Below are positions 57,809 to 64,000 of a stretch of DNA of 64,000 nt, in pieces (positions within the stretch are counted from its first letter, which is position 1; the number at the start of each line of letters is the position of its first letter). Under the pieces are notes generated by a model. It worked only from the letters and a program-made list of their open reading frames with translations, was not told the origin of the DNA and did not search any database. The translations under genes were made by a program, and so were the position numbers. Source of the DNA: Flavobacteriales bacterium. Lineage in GTDB: Bacteria > Bacteroidota > Bacteroidia > Flavobacteriales_D > JBKBNH01. The stretch spans positions 163,584-227,583 of the forward strand of contig JBKBNH010000002.1 of assembly GCA_046295395.1 (NCBI GenBank), in the 5' to 3' direction.

Positions 57809-60800
57809 TTAATCCACCTCATTGAAGTAGCCATTTACGAGATTCTTATAGTAAGGTTTCAAACTAGGCGGAATTGTTTTAAGAAGTTCAATTTCTTTTT
57901 CTTTTTTTCTTTTGTACTCTAGAAATTCTTTAGGGTCGGAAGCAATATCTTCGGCAGATTTCCCTTCTCGTTTGTTGTCAAATTCTCTTTCTCTTTCCGC
58001 TTTTTCATGCTCCAGAAGCCGGGTCATGATGTCGCGCTGTCTTTTCATGGTATTGTTGTCGATGCGTTTGTTCACGATGTCTTCTTCTAGTTTTTCCATC
58101 TCTTCAGCAATTTTTTTCAGGCTATTGCCTCTTCCGGTGCCGTCCTGATTTAACTCTTGGGCCAGACGCTGTAATTGTTCTCTGAGTGCGGCTTGTTGTG
58201 CTGCCAGTTTTGCTAGTCCTTCGCTCATTGAGGGCTGTCCTTCCCCCTCGCCTTCTCCGTTTGCGCCCCCGCTGCCGCCTTTTCCTCCTAGTTTTTGTCC
58301 ACCGGATTTGTTACTTTCACCTTCTTCTCCCTCGCCTTTTTTCCCCGGACTTTTTCCGCCTTCCTGTTCCCCTTTTTCCATCTGTTGTTTCATTTTTTCG
58401 AGTTGCTGCGAAAGTTGTTGCTGCATATCTTTTAGCGTAGGGATACTCATGGGCTTGGTTTTGGAAGACCCGCTTCCACCCGGCTTGTCGCACGAGCCTG
58501 AGCCCGATGCCATGCTCATGGAGTTTTGCATTTGTTCCATCGCTTCGTTCAACATGAGAGCCAGATTGTTAGCATGCATCATGATACTTTGTTGTTTGCG
58601 CCGCACTTCGGAAGTTCTTCTTTCTGTTAGGTCTTCCGGGAGTTTGCTGAAATAGCGCTGAATTTCGCCCATTTCGCGAGAGATGTATGAACTCAGTTGT
58701 GGTACTCGCTTAGCAAGGGCTTCGAGTGAGTCGGCCAAAACTTTTGAATCGTTTTGCAGTTTACGTTGTTGTTGACCCAGGCCCACGTAAGCGGGGTCGC
58801 GATCGTTCAGAAATTTGAATTTTTCCATCAGCTCTTCCTGCTGAAAGCTAAATTCGATGAGGTTGGCAAGCAGTAAGCGCAGCGACTTCAGGTCTTCTTG
58901 TATACTTTGCTGCTGATCTTCCCGTTGCATTTGTTTCATCTTATTAGCCATTTCCTGCATTTTTTCAGCGGCCTTTTTTTGGTTTTGTGCTGCTTTTTTC
59001 TGATTGTTTTTTTGCAGGTTGTCCATGCTGTTTTGCTGCTCTTGATCTATCTGCTGGTTTTCTTCCTTAAAGTCGTCGGTAGTTCGTTTGTTTTCGAGTT
59101 CTTCGTTTAGTTGCAGCAATTCTTTTTGATCTTCTTTCAGTTTATCAAACTTATCATTTAGTGCTTTTTGTTTCTGTTCAGCCTGTTCTTTAGAAAACGC
59201 CTTATTTTCGATTTGCTTGCTGAGTTCTTCTTGCTGTTTTGCTAAAGCTTCTGTTTTTTGAATTAGGTTTTCCAGTTTTTGGTCAAACTCTACCTGCTTG
59301 AAAATTTCGAGGCTACGATCAAGTTGTTTTTTCAGGCCTTCGTTAGAGAAGTCAAAATTTTCTAGCTTTTCCAGAAGTTTATCTTTATTCAGCTTATCCA
59401 TAAGTTGCTGAAGTTCTTCGAAAAGTTTTTTCATTTCGTCACTCATCAACTCATCAAAGAGTTTTTGAAGCTCTTCTTGTTTTTTCAGTAGTTCGGGGTC
59501 TGGTTCGGTAAAGTCTTTTTGCTGGTTGAAGTTTTTCTCGGTCTGTTGTTTTATTTTTTCCAAGTCGTTCTGAACAGACTGGTGCTTGTTCAGCAAGTCC
59601 TCTAGTTTTGCTCGGTCTTGCCAATCGGTGTTTTTCTTTTGCAGCAGGTCGTTTTTCAGATTTTGAAAATCTTTTTGCAGTTGCGAAGCCTTGCTTAGCG
59701 TAGAAGCCAAGTTTTCTTTAATTTCCTTATTCCCTTTTTCGGTGTTTTCGGCTATTTCATCCAGCGAAGGGGCTTGAAAAACTTTTACGGGCGAGCGGCA
59801 AACTTTAGCACCATTCACCCCGTCGTTGTCCCACACCTGAAAGAAATATTCCACAGACTCTTCGGGTTTTAGCTCGAGTTCGTCCATTTTCCAGTAGTAG
59901 AAAAACTCTTCCCGATTAAAAGAGCGATTCAGTTTTATTTCTATCGATTTAAAAGGCTCTGCTTTCCGGTCTCTGTTAAGTTTTCGGAAGTTGAAGGTAA
60001 GCCGGGTAAAGCCATAGTCATCTGAAATGGCTCCACTAAAATACCTTTGTTTTACTGAGTTACTGTCTATTTTTTCTTCTACGGTAATTCGAGGATATTC
60101 GTCTTTAACCACGGTTAAGGAGTATTTAACCGTGTCCGGATTTTTTACCAAATTATTCTCGGTGTGTATAGCATATCGGATAGAGCGATGTGCCTTGTAA
60201 GCCGACTCAAATGTTTTGTCCGAAACTTTTTTTACAACGAGTGCAGAGTCTCCTGCCTGAAGGTATAAGTTTGCCGTGTTTACAGTAAGAAACCGCCAGT
60301 TTATTTGTGTGCCCTCAGGGATAATTAAATCTCCGGTATTTTTCAGAATTTCTTTTTGTCTGTTTATGTAAGCCGGATAAACCAGTTGCGCCTCAAAATT
60401 CATAAGTACAGGCTTGGGTAAAACGACAAGCTCAAAGGTTGATGAATGAACTTCGTCTGCTTTAAGAATGAATTTTTGATTGACGTTTACATTTCTGAAT
60501 CGGTAGGAGAAGGTGGTTTTATTCTGTTTGTCAAGTTTAAAATTGTTTTCGTCTATTTGCACGTATACGCGCTCGGGAATTTCTTTTCCGCTAAGAGTCA
60601 CTTCCAGTAAAAAATCCTCGTTTTGAATCACCGTTAACTCATCATTCAGCACTTCAAACTTGAATGGGGCAGGGGTTTCGAAATAGGTTCCGTGATACAT
60701 TAGCCGTTTTGTTGGCTCTTTTATCATGTCGGAGTTGTATATCCATATACCCAAAAACAGTAATAGGGGCAACAAAAAGTACTTAAGCTGCCGGCGGTTT

Positions 60801-61264
60801 TCGCTTAGGTTAATTACCGAGGCAAAAGGCACAGGAGAGAGAGTTTTGATGCGCTGATTGATGCTCGCATAAACCAGTTCCATATGCTCCAGGGGCAGTG
60901 CATGGGCGTTGCTGGTTAGTTGCAGGGTGTTTAGCAGTTTGTCTTTTACGTCGGTTAATTTGCCACCTATAAGCGAAGCAGCGTCTTCGTAAGACATTCT
61001 TTTGCCAATACCAAACAGTCCGGAGAAGGGTTTTATGATATACCGAAATAAAATGTACGATGTAGAGACCAAGAAAAAGTAAAACAAAATTGTTCTTACA
61101 GGGGTGCCGAATCGACCAAAGTACTCTGATAGCAGCAGTGTAATGAACAGGGCAAGGGTTATTCCGCCAAATAGAATAGAACCTTTAATGAGTTCATTCT
61201 TGTAGTATTTGCGAATAAACTCATCAAGTTTTTGGTATAATATTTCTTTTTTGTCGCTGCTCAC
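57809..61264 (-). CDS. Large membrane-anchored coiled-coil protein of unknown function
   Basis: Two or three N-terminal TM helices. About 450-aa mixed domain. About 450-aa Q/E/K-rich coiled coil. G/S/E-rich disordered segment. C-terminus ...IPPSLKPYYKNLVNGYFNEVD. Confidence 0.6.
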   Translation of the reverse strand: MSSDKKEILYQKLDEFIRKYYKNELIKGSILFGGITLALFITLLLSEYFGRFGTPVRTILFYFFLVSTSYILFRYIIKPFSGLFGIGKRMSYEDAASLIGGKLTDVKDKLLNTLQLTSNAHALPLEHMELVYASINQRIKTLSPVPFASVINLSENRRQLKYFLLPLLLFLGIWIYNSDMIKEPTKRLMYHGTYFETPAPFKFEVLNDELTVIQNEDFLLEVTLSGKEIPERVYVQIDENNFKLDKQNKTTFSYRFRNVNVNQKFILKADEVHSSTFELVVLPKPVLMNFEAQLVYPAYINRQKEILKNTGDLIIPEGTQINWRFLTVNTANLYLQAGDSALVVKKVSDKTFESAYKAHRSIRYAIHTENNLVKNPDTVKYSLTVVKDEYPRITVEEKIDSNSVKQRYFSGAISDDYGFTRLTFNFRKLNRDRKAEPFKSIEIKLNRSFNREEFFYYWKMDELELKPEESVEYFFQVWDNDGVNGAKVCRSPVKVFQAPSLDEIAENTEKGNKEIKENLASTLSKASQLQKDFQNLKNDLLQKKNTDWQDRAKLEDLLNKHQSVQNDLEKIKQQTEKNFNQQKDFTEPDPELLKKQEELQKLFDELMSDEMKKLFEELQQLMDKLNKDKLLEKLENFDFSNEGLKKQLDRSLEIFKQVEFDQKLENLIQKTEALAKQQEELSKQIENKAFSKEQAEQKQKALNDKFDKLKEDQKELLQLNEELENKRTTDDFKEENQQIDQEQQNSMDNLQKNNQKKAAQNQKKAAEKMQEMANKMKQMQREDQQQSIQEDLKSLRLLLANLIEFSFQQEELMEKFKFLNDRDPAYVGLGQQQRKLQNDSKVLADSLEALAKRVPQLSSYISREMGEIQRYFSKLPEDLTERRTSEVRRKQQSIMMHANNLALMLNEAMEQMQNSMSMASGSGSCDKPGGSGSSKTKPMSIPTLKDMQQQLSQQLEKMKQQMEKGEQEGGKSPGKKGEGEEGESNKSGGQKLGGKGGSGGANGEGEGEGQPSMSEGLAKLAAQQAALREQLQRLAQELNQDGTGRGNSLKKIAEEMEKLEEDIVNKRIDNNTMKRQRDIMTRLLEHEKAEREREFDNKREGKSAEDIASDPKEFLEYKRKKEKEIELLKTIPPSLKPYYKNLVNGYFNEVD

Positions 61265-61471
61265 GTTGCTACATACAACCCAAAATACATTCCGTTTAAT
61301 GCTATGGTATGATTAAAACGTAAAGTTAAGCGAAAAAGTTTGTTTCTGTGAGGGATTAAAAGTATTCCCAAAAAATTCTTATCCCGAATTCAGGTTAGTT
61401 AGGATTAAAAATTTCTTTTTCGCTCATATTTTTCGCAACTTTAGCCGCTCATTATTTAACACCACACCCCC

Positions 61472-62764
61472 ATGAAATACGACAGAATCAGCAGTCAGTT
61501 GTTTATTGATGCCCGCAGCAAATTTACGGCGGCCATGGAGCCTAAGTCGCTGGCCGTTTTCAATTCTAACGACATATATCCAGCCGGAGCGGACGGCACA
61601 TTACCCTTCAGGCAGCACGGTGACATATTTTACCTGAGCGGCGCCAATCAAGAAGAAACTATACTGGTGCTTTTTCCTGATGCTTTTCAGCCCGAATACC
61701 GCGAAATACTTTTTGTAAAAGAAACCAGCGATTTGATTCGCGTTTGGGAAGGAGAAAAACTCGACAAGAAATCAGCCACAGAGGTCTCGGGAATAAAAAC
61801 GATACTTTGGTTGGACCAATTTCCTACGGTGTTTAAAACGCTTATGGCACAGGCCGAAAAGGTGTATATAAATACCAATGAACACCTTAGGGCATCAACC
61901 GAAGTGCAAACTCGAGAAGACCGTTTTGTAAAATGGCTGAAAGAAAATTATCCCGCACACAGATACAGAAAAAGCGCCCCCATCTTGCACAAAATAAGAA
62001 GCGTGAAGCACGCTGTTGAGCTGGAGCTTTTGCAAAAAGCCTGCGACATTGCCGAAAAAGGTGTTAGAAGAATTTTGCCTTTTATTAAACCTGGGGTTTG
62101 GGAATATGAAATAGAGGCAGAAATTATTCATGAGTTTATTCGCAATCGCTCCAAAGGCTTTGCCTATACGCCAATTATTGCTTCGGGCAAAAACGCCTGT
62201 GTGTTGCATTATATAGAAAACAATGCTCAATGTAAAGATGGTGAAGTAATACTGATGGATTTTGGTGCCGAGTATGCCAATTATGCCAGCGATCTTACCC
62301 GTTGTTTTCCGGTGAACGGAAAATTTACCGACAGACAAAAAGCCGTTTATAATGCTGTGCTGCGGGTAAAAAACGAGGCGACTAAGTTGCTTCGTCCGGG
62401 CACTATGCTTAGTGAATACCACAAAGAGGTGGGCAAGATTATGGAAAGTGAATTGCTGGGACTGGGGCTGATAGATCAAACCGACATCAACAATCAGGAT
62501 CCTGCCTGGCCAGCCTACAAAAAATACTTTATGCACGGAACATCGCACTATCTTGGGCTGGATGTTCACGATGTGGGCTTGTGGACAGAACCTATTCAGT
62601 CGAATATGGTGTTTACCGTAGAGCCGGGAATTTATATTCCGGCTGAAAACTTGGGGATACGTTTGGAAGACGATGTGGTGGTTCAGGCAAATGGCGCGCC
62701 TTTTAACCTGATGCGCAATATTCCCATAGAGGTCGACGAGATAGAAGACCTGATGAACAAGTAA
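61472..62764 (+). CDS. pepP: Xaa-Pro aminopeptidase (M24B)
   Basis: AMP_N N-terminal domain. M24 metal ligands (DFGAEYANYASDLTR...HGTSHYLGLDVHD...EPGIY). Confidence 0.85.
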   Translation: MKYDRISSQLFIDARSKFTAAMEPKSLAVFNSNDIYPAGADGTLPFRQHGDIFYLSGANQEETILVLFPDAFQPEYREILFVKETSDLIRVWEGEKLDKKSATEVSGIKTILWLDQFPTVFKTLMAQAEKVYINTNEHLRASTEVQTREDRFVKWLKENYPAHRYRKSAPILHKIRSVKHAVELELLQKACDIAEKGVRRILPFIKPGVWEYEIEAEIIHEFIRNRSKGFAYTPIIASGKNACVLHYIENNAQCKDGEVILMDFGAEYANYASDLTRCFPVNGKFTDRQKAVYNAVLRVKNEATKLLRPGTMLSEYHKEVGKIMESELLGLGLIDQTDINNQDPAWPAYKKYFMHGTSHYLGLDVHDVGLWTEPIQSNMVFTVEPGIYIPAENLGIRLEDDVVVQANGAPFNLMRNIPIEVDEIEDLMNK

Positions 62765-62772
62765 GTAAGAAG

Positions 62773-63507
62773 TTGAAGCCTACGGTTGTTTTATTGCACG
62801 GTTTTTTGGGAGACCATACGGTGTGGGGTGAAATAACGGCATCGCTTGGTAAAACGCATTCCGTTTTTACACCCGATTTACTTGGGCATGGAAAGCGTCC
62901 CGTTGTTGCCAAAATTCATACCATGGAGATGATGGCTGAAGATGTCAAGAATCAGCTTGGCGAAGGTAATTCAGAACGGTTTTTTTTGGTGGGGCACAGT
63001 ATGGGCGGATATGTTGCTTTGGCTTTTGCCAAGCTTTTTCCTCAAAAAGTAAGCGGATTGTGTTTGTTCAACTCTACGGCTTACCCTGATTCGCCGCAAC
63101 GCCAAAAAGATAGGCTGAGGGCAGCCAAAATTGTGGAGCAAAACCCCGAAATCTTCATTCGGGAGGCCATTCCGGCGTTGTATTACGAAAAAAATCATCG
63201 GGCACTTAAAAACAAAATAGAGCAGTACAAAGAAATTGCCATGAGCACCCCCCGCAAAGGAATTATTGCTGCTATTCTAGGGATGAAAGACCGGCAAGAT
63301 CAAACAGAGTTGATTCTAAACGGTAGGTTTCCGGTGCTTTATTTGGCAGGAGAACACGACCAGTCGGTAACTGCAGAATCGGTAATAGAGCAAACCCTTG
63401 ACACTCCGGCAGAGGTGCATATTTTTGAAAACTGTGCACACATGGGGTTTGATGAACGCCCTGCGGAGTATCTAAAAGCGCTGGAGGGGTTTTTAAATCA
63501 GATATAA
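62773..63507 (+). CDS. Alpha/beta-fold hydrolase
   Basis: LLHGFLG oxyanion region. Nucleophile elbow GHSMGG. 244 aa. Confidence 0.75.
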   Translation: MKPTVVLLHGFLGDHTVWGEITASLGKTHSVFTPDLLGHGKRPVVAKIHTMEMMAEDVKNQLGEGNSERFFLVGHSMGGYVALAFAKLFPQKVSGLCLFNSTAYPDSPQRQKDRLRAAKIVEQNPEIFIREAIPALYYEKNHRALKNKIEQYKEIAMSTPRKGIIAAILGMKDRQDQTELILNGRFPVLYLAGEHDQSVTAESVIEQTLDTPAEVHIFENCAHMGFDERPAEYLKALEGFLNQI

Positions 63508-63847
63508 AAAAGAGCAAGATTTTTCCTCCTCTTTTTTATTTAGAAATTCGGCTTGCTTATTGTCTTACCAACATCATATTGACAGTCAGTTTTACTCCGT
63601 CACCTACTACAATTCCACCGGCTAAGGTAGTGGTTCCCTACATTAAGCCAAGGGGACGTTACCATTATAGGGTGGAGCCGAGAAAAGAGGGGGTGGATTC
63701 TGGGAATTTCGAAATCCTAATAATTCAACAACCAATGTTTGCTAACACTTTTTTCTTATTACGCGTAAAGAAAAGTAAACAGCATAATACAAGGCTTCTA
63801 GTAATGAAAAATCATTTACTTTAGCAAAAAAACCAGTTTATATTTTT

Positions 63848-64000
63848 TTGAATACTTGGTTTCGCATACAATCTTTCTTAGCATTCAGGCGAAAAGCGTT
63901 TTATTTGCACGGCATTCACTCGCCGTTTGTTTATCGTTTGGCGGAGTTTACGCTCAAGCACGATGGAGTTTTTTATGCTTTTGAGCCAATTGAGCAGGAA
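63848..64000 (+). CDS. Class I SAM-dependent methyltransferase, N-terminal fragment (3' end lies outside the window)
   Basis: TTG-initiated frame MNTWFRIQSFLAFRRKAFYLHGIHSPFVYRLAEF... The HG[IV]HSPFV[YF] N-terminal motif is one I recognise from a Bacteroidota methyltransferase family. The start codon is uncertain. Confidence 0.35.
   Translation, partial: MNTWFRIQSFLAFRRKAFYLHGIHSPFVYRLAEFTLKHDGVFYAFEPIEQE

Noticed and set aside
63508-63847. 340-nt intergenic region with several short stems (GGATT...AATCC, ATTTCGAAAT palindrome) considered as a possible ncRNA or riboswitch
   Set aside because: No tRNA cloverleaf, no tmRNA, RNase P or SRP conserved boxes, and no riboswitch consensus I recognise. 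Likely just the promoter region of the downstream methyltransferase gene.
1-64000. Searched for CRISPR arrays, transposases, integrases, phage genes, and rRNA genes
   Set aside because: No regularly spaced direct repeats. No DDE, tyrosine or serine recombinase signatures. The tRNA-Cys is not flanked by an integrase or direct repeats. No rRNA-like conserved tracts.

Overview
This 64-kb window looks like chromosomal DNA from a Bacteroidota bacterium. Genes are tightly packed, Shine-Dalgarno signals are weak or absent, and several proteins carry type-A or type-B T9SS C-terminal sorting domains, which fits a gliding Cytophagia/Sphingobacteriia/Flavobacteriia-type organism. Housekeeping genes I recognise with confidence are gltX, folB, a tRNA-Cys(GCA), rnr, rpiB, ileS, lspA, ybeY, galE, hutU, comEC, pepP, and genes for ferritin, alkaline phosphatase, MscS, an SDR and an M28 peptidase. 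Between them sit signal-transduction loci. One is a classical HK tail followed by a REC-PAS-HisKA_3 kinase and a divergent LuxR regulator. One is a MORN - multi-PAS HisKA_2 kinase - LytTR operon. One is an ECF sigma factor followed by an anti-sigma-like protein whose outer domain is a CHU_C/T9SS type-B domain. The most striking feature is a six-gene, overlap-coupled operon at about 27.4-36.6 kb. It runs YfiR-like (DUF4154), a secreted unknown, a HAMP-PP2C phosphatase, NfeD, flotillin, and a 1298-aa protein that fuses a periplasmic beta-propeller/Y_Y_Y sensor to a class III adenylyl cyclase and a C-terminal HD phosphohydrolase. This is my best candidate for an undescribed flotillin-associated cAMP signalling system. 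A second candidate system is an MbnP/MbnH-like copper cluster at 46.6-49.9 kb, with an N-terminal CxxCxC outer-membrane barrel and a repeated TTGCAAYC motif upstream. I also see decay products: a frameshifted T9SS cargo gene, a truncated CHU_C paralog cut off by the ferritin terminator, and an Rhs/YD-repeat remnant. I found no CRISPR array, transposase or integrase.
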